A DNA stretch of 20,000 nucleotides from NCBI GenBank assembly GCA_000182565.2, contig KQ257453.1. The stretch is one strand, 5' to 3'. The notes under the pieces were generated by a model, which worked only from the letters and a program-made list of their open reading frames with translations, was not told where the DNA came from and did not search any database. Position 1 is the first letter of the stretch, and every line of letters starts with the position of its first letter. The stretch comes from Spizellomyces punctatus DAOM BR117. Lineage: Eukaryota. Positions 1 through 11,915 of this stretch are shown here, one piece after another. Position numbers and translations under genes: made by a program.

Positions 1-381
1 GCGGGATTTATATCCTAATGGATCCAACTGTGCATTGCAAACAATGAGAGTAACTTTCATGTGAAACTGGTATAGTTATATGTCATGGCAGTCATATTGT
101 TTGCCACTAATAGAACCATGCCTGTTTGGCATCGGGTCGATGCAAAATCTTGAGCAAAAGGGCAACGGCGGACGTGGTTCTCCCCTTGATACGCTCCAGC
201 CTTTGCATGTTTTGAGGTTTAATGGAGAACTGTACAGCTTCACACAATCCGAGATTATATTTGCAAGCACCGATATCAGGACAATATCATGTGGAGGGAG
301 GTAGTCCTTTGAGGCTAGTACGCGTTTACAGAATCTGACGGTGGCATCAAGGGGGAAGGTCAGGGAGAAGAAGGATGACAT
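1..381 (-). CDS. Putative protein with a divergent ubiquitin-like domain; partial, runs off the window edge; start and splicing uncertain
   Basis: Removing a 41-nt GT..AG segment (230-270) gives MSSFFSLTFPLDATVRFCKRVLASKDYLPPHDIVLIS|FSIKPQNMQRLERIKGRTTSAVALLLKIL. By eye this aligns without gaps to ubiquitin [34 protein letters not shown]...TLSDYNIQKESTLHLVLRL. The intron is short and its donor (GTGCTT) is weak. Confidence 0.35.
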
Positions 382-1039
382 AGGCAAAAGATATGCACGA
401 ATTCCGAATTGCAAAAAAAAAGCGCAGTCCTCAAGGGTTATAAAAAGGCGACCTTTCCTCTCCCCCCCCGGCACTTCTTTACTCCTCACCGACCTCTCCA
501 ACATTCTCTCTTTCTTTTGTGTTCTTGCTTTCTTTCTATGGTTGGAGAGAGGGGGGAGATCGCCCCGGGATTGGCGTTAAACTCGACTCGGTCAAAAACA
601 GATACCGGAAATACGTGTAAGGTCGTCGTTGGAAAGCGACGTGTCGCTCCTGTCGGAGTGTCAGGGATTGTGCCGCGCGGGACGTAAGTGGTAGGAGCGC
701 GGACGTGCTCAGAGCTGCATTTGTAGTGATGACGAGCGCTCCTCTCAGAGGAAGGGCCCGATATTTTTTACAACATAAAGGAAGAAAACTCAAAGAATGA
801 AGACATGATGCTTGACTGTATAAGATGCGAGGTCCATCCGCGCTTTCAACCATTTGCCTTGGCAATGGATATGACGATGATCACGATTACGGACACCCTG
901 CACAGATTCCATCCTGCTTCACGTTATGGTTCAAATATTTATTTACATGTGTGTGTTCAAATAGATACCACTCGATCGTTCCAATCATACAACAATAAAG
1001 TTCAACTGTCGCCTTCCTACTCTAGAGCTAAAGGGCATA

Positions 1040-2890
1040 TCATCTGATCGCCATTCTCCTGTACGCATTAACCAACTCATCCTCAACGTCTTTCTCTCCA
1101 ACAGATTTTCCACACTTTCCGCCCTTTTTCTTGGCCTCCCAAATTTTCCAAAACTTGAGGTTCTCATCGCTTGCGCCGGTCGCTACCGTTTGACCATCAG
1201 GGCTTAAGGCTGTGTGAAGAACACGAGCATCATGGCCTTCCAAATCACCAATCTTGGTCAGTGACGGATATTTCCATATTGAAAGGTGATTGTTGGGAAA
1301 TCCATGAGATGTGAAAAATTCCTTATATTCCAGAGACCACAAGATGGACGTGACTTGAGACCCAGTGTCAACCGAGGCAATTTTTCCAGTGGTGGAAACG
1401 TTCCAAAAGTGAACTGTACGGTCGTGGGAACCTCCTCCTGTCGCCAGAGTGTTCAACTGCCATGGACACCATGCAAGCGCCTAGGTTTGAATAAAGCGGA
1501 GTCAGTACGGTGATGAGTTTTCTAAGAATAGGCGACTTCCTTACCTTTACTGCAGCGGTATGCTCTGCCTTTGTGAACTTAGGAAGACTCGATCTAGCAT
1601 CCCATATGACAACCTGATTGTCATTTCCTCCACTTGCCAGGAACTGTCCATCCGGCCTCCACTTCAGCCCACAGACATCGGACTCGTGAGATAGCAAAGA
1701 GGCCACCCGATGATTAGCCAAACGCACATCATGATTCCAAATACTGCCATCGCGGGCGCCCGAGGAGAGTACATTGGTATCCCAGGCAAGAACACCAACC
1801 CTGCTAGCCCTTCCTCGCATGGTTCGCATCTTTTTCAAACTTTCGAGGCTCCATATTTCTATATCACCCTCGCTCAGACCCACTGCCAAATGACTTCCGT
1901 CGGGTGCCCATTGTAGAGATGCCACGTATGTATCCTCCCGGGTTACCGAGCAAAGTGGCGCTGTTTTACCCGTATTGCCGTTCCAAAGATATACGGTATT
2001 GTCAAGAGCGATTGCTAACATATTGTTCGCCGACCAGTCGATCAAATTCAAGTAGAAATCGTCAGAGAGCCCTGGAGCATCCAAAACCTTCTCCGGTTCC
2101 GATTTCACGCGCCTTGCTGCAACGGTAGAGTTGGGTTTGCGGAGTGGTCTACTCCAGGATGTGCGAAAATCTTGCCGCTGGGCTGCTGGAGGTTCTGCAT
2201 TGAACGCTAAAATGCGCTTATCTAGAGCCACGCCGCACGCTTTAGCGACCTGCTCTTGGTATGCTAAAGTGTCCGGATCCAAAGTTTTCAGCTTTTGCCG
2301 ATCTGTGGTGTCTCGAATATTGAACTGTGAGGATGCTCGATCGATAGCGTCTTGACTTGGCACAAATCGGTCATACTACATAAGGAGAATTGTGCGGTTA
2401 GCTGTCTGAATTGCACAATCAAGGCCTATCCAGTGATCCTCTAATCCATTTCTATATCAAACGAGATGTTCATCTCTTCTATTTAAACAGCTGTGTTCAG
2501 ACCTACCATCCTTTCTTTTGCTTTTCCCCTTTTGCCACCACCACTCGGACTGACAGCCGCGACGCCCAATCGCTGCTTAATAAAGTTCTCTGCATTTCTC
2601 CCACTTATAACAGACGATCGTGGTGAATGCCCTAATCCAGTAGCATTATAGCTGCGCGGAGAGCGGGTATGGGCGACGGACGGTGAAGCACCTCCAGCTG
2701 AAGGACGGGTCGGTGTGCGACCGTGAACATGAAGACGGTCAGCAAAGCTGCGAGTTGGAGTTCCAGCAATCCGGCCAGCTGTACTCTTTCGCCGTGGAGT
2801 TTCCATAGTTTCCCTGACTCTGCGAGCTATCTGAGGGCTCATAGGGTTGAGACCTGTCTGGAGGTCCTTGGAGATGCTTGGGGGCGGCAT
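1040..2890 (-). CDS. CDC20: APC/C activator Cdc20/Slp1/Fizzy family WD40 protein, about 551 aa; exons 2890-2507, 2375-1545, 1480-1040
   Basis: Introns 2376-2506 (GTAGGT..TAG, GCTAAC branch) and 1481-1544 (GTAAGG..TAG) join in frame. Motifs: C-box YDRFVP at the start of exon 2, KILR-like KRILAF, VLDAPGLSDDFYLNLIDWS, HESDVCGLKW, ASGGNDN, HTAAVK|ALAWCPW, DENLKFW and a C-terminal IR tail. The N-terminus is rich in S/T-P sites. Confidence 0.95.
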
Positions 2891-3231
2891 GATCGTATAT
2901 GGATTCCCGCAACGGCAAAGATGGGGCTATAGACGTGTTGGTCCAGCTTTAGAGAGCAAGTATAAGAAGCTTGATGGTCAATGGACGCGCGCAATGACTA
3001 GAAGATGAAGAAAAAACAAAATGGTGAACTCCAGGTTGAAGAGCTCTGAGGTGTGCGGAGTGTTTTCGGACGACGCGCTCGGTTTGTCGAAGTGTCTGCC
3101 AGGTTCGATTCTCGGGGCACACGAAAACGCATCGGCTTTTGGGACGCCGGAAAGCAACTTTCTTTCGAATAGGTTCCCTATGTTAAAAGGATCTTTTTTC
3201 CAATTGGACTGCCAACGAGGTCAACTACCAT

Positions 3232-4039
3232 ATGTCGAACCATTCGATGCGTTTTCAACACATGAGCGATATTGAACAGGGAGCGCTACTGAAGCAAATC
3301 ACGGCTAGGATTACTAGTACAGAGAAAAGACATATCCACAAGACGTCAGTGTTTTGGGAGGTACATCCTTGAAATTGCCTCGTTGAATACTGGTAAAACG
3401 GTGACGACGCCGACCACATTGTAAATAAAATGCGTAGGTATGCTTTTTGTTGCCCCGGCCGGTGTTGACCCGCGCGTTTTCTGACAAGCCAAGATCTCAT
3501 GGGGAACGAGGTGGGGAAGACAGTGAAATGGTAAGGCGGACTATAAAATGAAGTCGTCAGACGGAAAAGACCATGCTCATCCGTTATCCTGTTCATAAAC
3601 GATATAGTCCATAGTTTTTCTTCTCGCTCTTGCCGAATTCGGACTTGCCGTTCGGGCTGGCCATGTCCTCGGCATACTCACAACACTCCTCTGTCTTGCT
3701 CAACTTTATGCTTCTGCAAGGCTTGGCACTGGTGCGGTTTTTATGCTTGCATTTTGCTATGTCTGAGCTTACTATGGCACAATGCCCTCGTGTCATCTTT
3801 CAGGAATCTTGGCGACCACGCTGGTTTATCTCGGCATGATATTGCGAACGTATATAGCCGCACTGGTGTACATTCAGGTCCGATCCGTTTGGAAAGGTAA
3901 AATCTGGACAGAATTCCCGGGGCAATACGATAAAAACGCTGGCAATATCGTTCGCTCCGCACGCGACGACAATGTGAGATGCGGAGCATTGGCTGGGCCT
4001 TTGCGGGTAGGAGAGTTTGTCGCGTATCCCCGCAATTAG
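3232..4039 (+). CDS. Hypothetical small multi-pass membrane protein, about 193 aa; exons 3232-3360, 3438-3530, 3608-3731, 3804-4039
   Basis: Three GT..AG introns of 77, 77 and 72 nt give one continuous frame: MSNHSMRFQHMSDIEQGALL...FWE|VCFLLPRP...EM|SIVFLLALAEFGLAVRAGHVLGILTTLLCLAQLYASARLGTG|ILATTLVYLGMILRTYIAALVYIQVRSVWKG...PRN*. It has about three hydrophobic segments and no recognised family. Confidence 0.55.
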
Positions 4040-5991
4040 GGAAGCTTACCATGGCAATGACATCTTTAGTTTCCTGCATCCAGCGATCGTATTGGAAGCT
4101 TGATATCTCGATGGACAGAGCAAACTGAAGGAGTTCGAGTCAAATCCGTACATCTGGGAAACAAGGAAGGTTTTCGGCATGTAGGTAAAACCTCAGAGTG
4201 GATTACATTCTGTTTGTGTTGTAAGAGCCCTGCTAACTCCCAGCATCATAGAGTACATCACAACTTTTTTTGGTTTTGTGGACGATATCGCGATCCATTA
4301 TTTTCAAGAGCACAGTCATACCGTAGTCGAATGGCATTCACAGTCGAGATGGGCCAGGGATTTCGATAGAAACGCCACGAGATTACGAGAGTTTGTAGAG
4401 TATCTGAGGGCTCATTGTGATTAGCTACTGCGTACCGTAGGACTTTGTCCAGCCATCTGTTTCACCTACTCTGTAACTGCCGGGTTACACCTCAAACTGG
4501 AATGTCATGCGAAGAGCGAGATGAAATCAAAGATTAGGGCGCACACTAGCGTCGGCATTCCAAACGGTAAACCTCGCTTGCGAAATGAAGCTTTTGGCGA
4601 ACGATCGTGTCGCATGATGGCGGCTGTATTTGATTTCTATTATGGTCGCTGCATTTTGAGCCCTTCCCGGCCATATGGTCTCCCCAAAAACTAAATGTAT
4701 AGACACTGGGCCGCTTTCGAGCACATACCCAGCATTTGCCAGGGAAGCAATGCATTTGTTTGCAACGTCTACTTCATTTGCAATATCAGTTTTGCATTAG
4801 TAGAAATATAGAATTTGGGGGTATGGTAACGGAGAACATACCATCCCTGATTTTATGTTCGATAATTTCAAAGAAGTTATTTTGGCTATAAGAGTTGGTT
4901 CACTCTGCGGAGGCAATGCGTCTCAAGGTACTTATCGGACAGATTAACGGGAAATCTTACGGCATAGGGGTGTGTGGTGGTGCTAGTTGCAAGCAAAACG
5001 CTAGAAGTCCCTCATGCATAGCCAGCGCTGGACTGATACCGCTCTTGGCTTCCTCATCAGACGGGAGATTGCGTGGCATGTGCGGATATTTGAAGAGTCC
5101 CTTTCCATCCCGTCGAGAGACATCGTCCCCCATATACCACTCATTGTGGATCGCATGACCTTCGACAACAATATGTGCGGTCGGGATGAATGACCCGATT
5201 TATGACCATAAATAAGTTTGTTCAACATGTGCGCCCTCAGTTATATGACCTTGCGTATTCTAACCACAGGTATACGCATGCGTGTTTTTACTATTTAGAT
5301 TGCGTACGATCTGTTGTCGCAAACGTGCATAGGCGAATGTTATAGTCAATGATCAGAATCCAAATACCAGTCATCCAAAGTGCAAAACAAAGATGCACTT
5401 CCAGAAACCAAGAATATCTACTGCTTATTTTGCTGAGCTGAGACATCCAACCAAAACTTGTGGCGGAATAAAGCATTCTGAAAGTGGACCTGATATCCAA
5501 TTCCTATTGTTCAGAGGGAGACAGATAAGCGTATGGGAGACACATCCAGAAGAATCGTAAAAAAAAAAAAATAACACATACACACGTGAGATGAACAGCC
5601 AGGAGGTTGGTAATAACATGGAGTACCGACAACGGGGCGTCATGAAAGGGATATCGAAAACAAGCCGTAATAACTCGGAGACATTACCAACGGTTCCAGC
5701 TCAATTCCAGATAGTCGGGATTTTGGGGTAGTGTTCTTTATTCGATCCTTGTTTGACCTTTATTCTCTGTGTGGGTGGTAAACTATGAGCGCGCTACCCT
5801 CTTTTTTTTTGTTGTGTGATGGCAACACAAACTCCAGGATGTACAATGGACGCCCATTGAAGTGAGCCTCAGGCGATGGAAGACGAGACGCAAATGTTTG
5901 GCCCCGGATCCCCCATACTGAAAATCCGGTTAAAGCAGATGGCTATGCTGGCGATCCCCCCATCTGCGCGAGAGAGGACTTTATCATACCA

Positions 5992-8900
5992 ATGGTTCGG
6001 ACAGCAAGAGCGAACGTTGCCATTTTGGCAACACTGTTATCCTTGACACTCGACGTAGCGTATGGTCTAGTGGATCTGAAATTTGGTTCCATTCTACCCT
6101 TGAGCTATGCTGGCCTCGCGGATCTTTCCGCCGACATTCAGCTTGCGTTAGATCTCGCGCTTTCTGACTACAATACCCGAGTTTTTAACCCACTCAACGT
6201 GAACGTATCCATTGTCTATGCCGACTCCCAATTTACGCCGGCAGTTGCAAAGTCATATGCGAGGCAATTTGCATCCCAAGGGCTACTGGGTGTCATTGGT
6301 TAGTACTGCATCTTCCGAGGTAACAATCTTCACATTCTGATTAACCAGCTTACCCACCACCCAGGTGAGATGGGCTCCGGAGTCACGCAGCCTATCGCCC
6401 TGGAGTTGGCAGATAGGGAGATTCTGCAGTGTTCGGGGTCCGCAACTTCAGAAGACTTGTCATTGAAACAATATCGTTACTTTTTCAGGTAACTGCGATA
6501 TGCAAGCTCTTTAAAGATAGATACTCGATTTTAGCTAAACTTTGTACAGAACAATCCCTCCTGACAGTGTCCAAGGTTTTGTACTTGGTCAGATCGTCGA
6601 TACCTTTGGCTGGAAGAAACTCGGCCTGATTTACCAGGATACCGCTTACGGCAAAGGCATTATGACGAACCTACGGGCTCACGCAGCGGCAACTGATATA
6701 ACTGTATTGACTAATCAACCGTATGTCAACGCCGATGACTACGAAGATGCGGTAAAAGCCTTGAAAGCGTCCGATGCGAGAATCATCGTCTGGACTGGGG
6801 TCTATGCGGAACTTGTCGATATAGTCCCAATTGCCAGGTAGCCATCTTAGTGACCACGCAATCCTCGTCCTGTTGGATGTAAGTATAACTAAAAAGGCCA
6901 ATCATGTAGGCGTCATGGCTTATTTGGACCAAACTACGTGTGGATCGCAACAGAAAATGCTATATCGGCCATTGACGCCATACGGAGCAGAATTGCGACC
7001 GGAGCAAGCAGTGCTGATGACCTTGCAAGTCTAAGTGGATTGCTCATTAGTACACCTGGTATGGCTGCATGGTCTTCGACACGTATACCGGAATATTGAA
7101 AGAAATTGTTCATTATTCTCCAGTCGAGGGTCAGGGATCCCGATTCGACAATTTCTCTGCCTCATACTCGTCAACTTACCACAATTCCATGGGCCAATAT
7201 TCTGCGGTATAAAGCGCACTTTGACATACGTGCCCCAAAATTGCCGCCATTGCTTAATCTCCTTCTGCATCATAGTTCTTTGTGGACTGTTTGTCAATCA
7301 TGCTAGACGGGCTTACAAAGGTCAGTGTAATCGTTGGAAGGAATTGCATGCAGGGACACCTCCTGAATCACCTATTCATGCAGTACCAAAATACCTCGAA
7401 TTCCACTTGGAACGACATTGCTCAAGGCAAATTTCCTCGCGACTTGACGGTTCTGCTGAAGCCAGTTGACGGGTTGACCGGTCTTACAGGACCAATTCAT
7501 TTCAACACCAATTTTGATCGGATTGGGAGCTACAAGGTCCTCAATTTCCATCAAGGAGATTTGACGAAGATAGGCGAGACAGTCGACGAAACATACAACG
7601 TTCAGCGCAACAATAACACAGTCATTTTTGCGAGCGGTACCCCTGTAGTACCAGCAGATCGGCCTGGTTTGTAATTTGCATAACGTTGTCAAGCCAGCTC
7701 CCTCATCTTTTGTTGCTTACGGTTTCATTTTGCCCCGTAGTGCTTGTCCCGGACTGGTTTGAATACGGACATGCAGTTTCCGTCATTATCATGATCCTAT
7801 ATGGTGCAATGATGGCCATCAACTTCGCATCACTCGTTATCGTATTCCTTTGGCGTCGGCGTAAAGAAGTCAAAGGTATGCTACGTCGCTCATGCCATGA
7901 GGTCGGGAATCACGCATTTAAATGAGTGCTTGAACGTTAGCTCTCAGCCCCGAGTTCATGATTATTATGGGTCTGGGTATGCAGCTGAGTTACGGGGCTG
8001 TTTTCACCCTCATCGGAGAGCAGACTACCGTCAAATGCATGGCAAGACCGTGGCTTTATGGGATTTCTTTTGCAATTGTCATGGGATGCCTCATTGGGAA
8101 GGTCAGTGTTCCATACTTGCCGTGGGAGAACGGTCGTTAATAGAAGACTGATTGGTTTTGAATGCCTGCTCAATAGGCATTCCGTATTTGGAAAGTCTTT
8201 GCAAATGAGGTAGAGTTCACCGTTCTCTTGCGAGTTACTGATAGAGCACAATTCGATAACCCCTCCTGCAGCGACTTGCCGCCCCCATTAGGTTCCTTCA
8301 AATCCTCCGCCTGGCAGGAGCGTTTTCCATTGGAGAATCTGTACGTAGGGAGTGCATTCTTACTCAAGTGCTTCACTAATCCAAAGCAAACAGATTATCC
8401 TGCTTGTGTGGAGTATCTATTCGCCGTTGTCCCCTTTGATGGTAGCGAACAAGGAAAAAGGTGGGGTCTACTTGGCAAATTAAACCTACCAGGAGATGTT
8501 GGAACCTGATCGGTTGTTTTTCGGATTCGCAGGAACATTCACGTACGTTTGCGTTTCCCCGGAGCAATCTGACGTGTTCAACGGAGTGATTTTTGGGTGA
8601 GGATAGGCATTACAAGCACTTGATCTCTGCATTCCCTGCTTACTTACTTGCCGCCAGATACAATGGGCTTTTACTTTTGGCTGCAACTTATTTAGCTGCA
8701 GTGACGCGGAATGTACCATCTAGATACTCGGAATCCAAGGTATTTAGCGAGTAAAGGTGCAATCAAGCGGCCAATAACTAAAACGCACTGCATTGATCGG
8801 CGCTAGTTCATTGCTTTAACGGTGTATTCGGTAATGCCATCCGTTTCCGAGATTGTTGCTGATTTTTTGGCTTACGACCTTCATCCTTCTCAAAATATTG

Positions 8901-9647
8901 TAGCTACTAATTTGGTGCACGCTTATTATCGTCGTGTCATATTCCGCGGGCGCTGCCACAACGCTGGTCTTCTTTATTATCACCTTCGGTGTTCTTTTCG
9001 TGACAACGACCACCTGGGCTCTTCTCATTGGACGGGTCATTCTCAGTCAACTCACTAACGATCCTGCTGATGAGATTGCCAGCCTTCCCAGTACACCAAA
9101 GCTTATGCGGCAAAATGCAGTGGGAGCTGGGGAAGCATTCAAGAGTGCTTCTCAACTGCCAATGTCTGCAAACAGCAGCACAAAGATTCCATCCCCCTTA
9201 GCATCTCAGATGCTTCGTGGAGATATTTCCGAATTTCCTGTGAAAATCACGTCGTCGTGGATCTCCCGATGGGAGCGGTATGAGCTGATCTTTACTCTAG
9301 TACCGGTAGCTCGGTTAGCACTTCGGCCGGTAGCATCCGACAAGGAAGGTGGGCGGAGCTATTGCGTAGACATCAGCAAAGTGCAGGCAACGAAGGCAAA
9401 TGTTAAGGGAGTTAAGAACTGCTTTGAGATTGTCGCTCCTGGTATTACGCTTCTCGTCCAAGCCACCTCTGAGGAACAAGTTCAAGACTGGCTGCGTAGA
9501 ATGAAACAAGCAGGTTGCCTGCGGGGAGAAGATTCTACTGGACGGACCAGTTCAGCTCCTGGTCAAGGCGGCGGCTCGATAAATCGTGCGGACGTCGAAA
9601 CCAAAGGAGGGAAGGATATTTCTAGTGCTGATGTGCTAGGAAAGTAG
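5992..9647 (+). CDS. Class C GPCR-like receptor (signal peptide, Venus-flytrap/ANF-receptor domain, 7TM, C-terminal PH-like domain), about 885 aa, 16 exons
   Basis: Exons 5992-6298, 6365-6488, 6550-6837, 6910-7058, 7124-7206, 7276-7320, 7384-7666, 7741-7875, 7941-8101, 8177-8209, 8272-8340, 8394-8460, 8533-8596, 8658-8739, 8807-8830, 8904-9647; all introns GT..AG and phase-consistent. Flytrap motifs: GVIGEMGSGVT, QCSGSATSEDLS, YFFRTIPPD, FGWKKLGLIY, GPNYVWI, GLTGPIHF. GABA-B-like 7TM motifs: VKALSPEF, CMARPWLYGISF, GKAFRIWKVF, ILLVWSIYSPL, YNGLLLLAATYLAAVTRNVPSRYSESKFI. Confidence 0.9.
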
Positions 9648-9701
9648 CTTCCCATGATAAATGACCCACCATGCCGTAGTTATTAGAACAAGTAGACTCA
9701 T

Positions 9702-9740
9702 GTACAGTCCTATCATACACGACGTACAGTCCTATCATAC
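9702..9740. repeat. Short tandem duplication (17-nt unit x2, period 22) downstream of the GPCR stop
   Basis: GTACAGTCCTATCATAC occurs at 9702-9718 and 9724-9740. Confidence 0.8.
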
Positions 9741-10372
9741 TCGTCGTGTTCATGTTACTGTGTCCCCTCACACTTCGATATCCATATGTCGGTTTATGCT
9801 CTTCGTAAGCATTGCGTGACAGTTTGGTCGACAAGGTATCATCATTAAAGACCAACCGATGGGACTACTGCTGCTTGAAGTTTAAAGAGGACCAATTATG
9901 CCCGACTTGGGTTGGGCAATGAGACTGTGATTAAGACCAAGTCGCTTGACTTTGGACTAGTTAAGCGCAGCATTGCTGATGTTAGTTGGAAAAATACATT
10001 TTTCGTGGTTTTTTATGTTTCGGGCAATGTGCGCTGGATACGGTCATTTATGATGGCATACCCCAAGGATCGCAATGTACGGGGATCCAGTGCACACTCA
10101 AAAAGCTATTTTCGTCGATGCAGCCTAGGGATCCTGATATAGTTCCAGAAGGGGTTTTGACTCGATAACCTGCGAAGTTTTAGAGCGGCTGGTAATCGGA
10201 GCTCAGCGTTGGGGCTAACTTGAAGGCGTTTATAGGCTCACATGGTAATTGCCGTTTGCTTTGGTATGCAGGGCATGTTGTCTTTTACCTCATGTCCTGT
10301 TCTTTTGCCCATCCTAGAGCCAGGTTCACTTCCCTTCTTTATGGCGAAGTGCACTGTCTGTTCACGGTCACC

Positions 10373-11915
10373 ATGGACTGCCCGCAGCTGGACATAAGAA
10401 ATATCGGCCCGTATTCGCTTGAGGATGACTGGTATATTACCGGGAAATGCGTCTCAAACATCGGCCGTCTCAGCCTTTATGGTTTCAATATTATGATATA
10501 CGGAGCTGGCATCTTACTCGGGATATTTGCAGTCGTACTGAATACCCGTGCCCACAAGAATTGGTTGAAGACAATGCCTGCTAAGCCAGTTATTGCCTGC
10601 CTCCTCGTATCGATAGGTAAGTAGCTCTCCATGCTCTGGCATCCACCGTACTGAATCGTGCTCACACTTTGTTTAACTCTGCGTTCGAGGTTATACTGCA
10701 TCGTACCTTTGCTATCTTTTCCAAGTGCCACCAGCAGCTGGAGTAATATGCTGGTGGTTAAGCATTCAGTTCACCAATATCTTTCAGGAATGATCCGCTG
10801 TTTCAAAGCCTGGGTGCGAAACGAAAATGTTATTAATACATATTGTTCAACAGGTGGTGGTTGCAAACGGCTGGCTGGCCCCCGTACGCAGATTCATCGA
10901 GTTGCAGAGTATTGGGTCGGACGTCAAATCATCAATCAACACCGCCGGTACACATCTGGAACGCCATTGTTTTCTCCTACTCGGCGCTTCTATTACATAT
11001 AACATCGGCATCGTTACGGGATGGGCGGTATATATGCAGCTCCATGATGCAGGGAAGGTGTTCCTTTTTCACACCTTGTTTAATTCTGGAACATTTCTGT
11101 GCCTTATCGTACTCCATTTCCTGTGCTCGAGATCGTTCACAAGAATACTAGTGGCATTAGGTGAAGCGGATAATCTTCACAAGCAGGGTATGCATATTTT
11201 CCCTTGTTTTTGGTGAACAGCGACTGTTCTGGTGAGCAGATAACGATCTGATGGTAGTACTTGCTCTTATTGCAGCTCTTGTGGTTGGCGGCAATGTTAG
11301 GCACGCGACCACCAATGCGGGCAACAATGTGATTTCCGGTGACGGAAGGAAAGTTCTTAACGTGATTCGGCTGGTAATGTAGACGGACGAAAGCAATTAC
11401 GAATGCATGGATTAGAAAGTCCCCGACCTAGTGTATTGAAACTCGCAGGTTCCTTTCAGGTGAAGAAAACCCGCCGGGCTGCGTGGGCCTCCGCCGGTCC
11501 ATCATTTCTCATCCAGAGCTCCGTTCTGCTTTGGACAGTGATAGCCCGTACACCAGAAGGCATGAATGGCCAGACATACCTATTCTGCTTTAGATCACTT
11601 GCCACCGCACCCGCTGTGATTGCAAGTTAGTTCTTGGCAGATTTCATATCGCGCGCCTTGTAACACTTGGCTCTTCCAACTGATGTGCTTCTCTGCCTCT
11701 TGGTTGGTCACTCGATAGGTCTGTGGATGTACGGAGTAGTCAAGGGCAGGGAGCGTGCAGATTTCACACCAGAATGCATCAATCACCTATCTCTTCGATC
11801 CACTTCTTTGCATCAGAGCGGAGAGGACCTCAAAGTAACTTCACAAGCGGTAGATAGTTGCATTGAAAGCAAGACGTCAAGGATATTGAATGACGGCTTT
11901 GAAGTGGATGATTAG
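10373..11915 (+). CDS. Hypothetical 7-transmembrane (GPCR-like) protein, about 378 aa; exons 10373-10616, 10690-10787, 10854-11187, 11276-11373, 11460-11625, 11719-11915
   Basis: Phase-consistent splicing gives seven hydrophobic segments, a long loop between TM5 and TM6 and a polar C-tail. The intron 1 acceptor is GAG. The best intron 2 donor is non-canonical (GAATGA at 10788); an alternative GT donor lies at 10743. No family-diagnostic motif was recognised. Confidence 0.65.

Noticed and set aside
494-549. 9-bp inverted repeat CTCTCCAAC..GTTGGAGAG
   Set aside because: It is short and lies in CT/GA-rich low-complexity sequence, with no target-site duplication seen.
1368-1544. C-terminal extension of the 331-aa ORF (VRKSPILRK...)
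   Set aside because: It is read-through into CDC20 intron 1481-1544; the real frame resumes at ALAWCPW.
5907-5967. Repeated GATCCCCC(C)AT and an 8-bp hairpin upstream of the GPCR ATG
   Set aside because: Too short to distinguish from chance without conservation data.
9702-9749. Direct repeat as a CRISPR array or transposon end
   Set aside because: Only two copies with a 5-nt gap, in a eukaryotic 3' flank with no cas or transposase gene.
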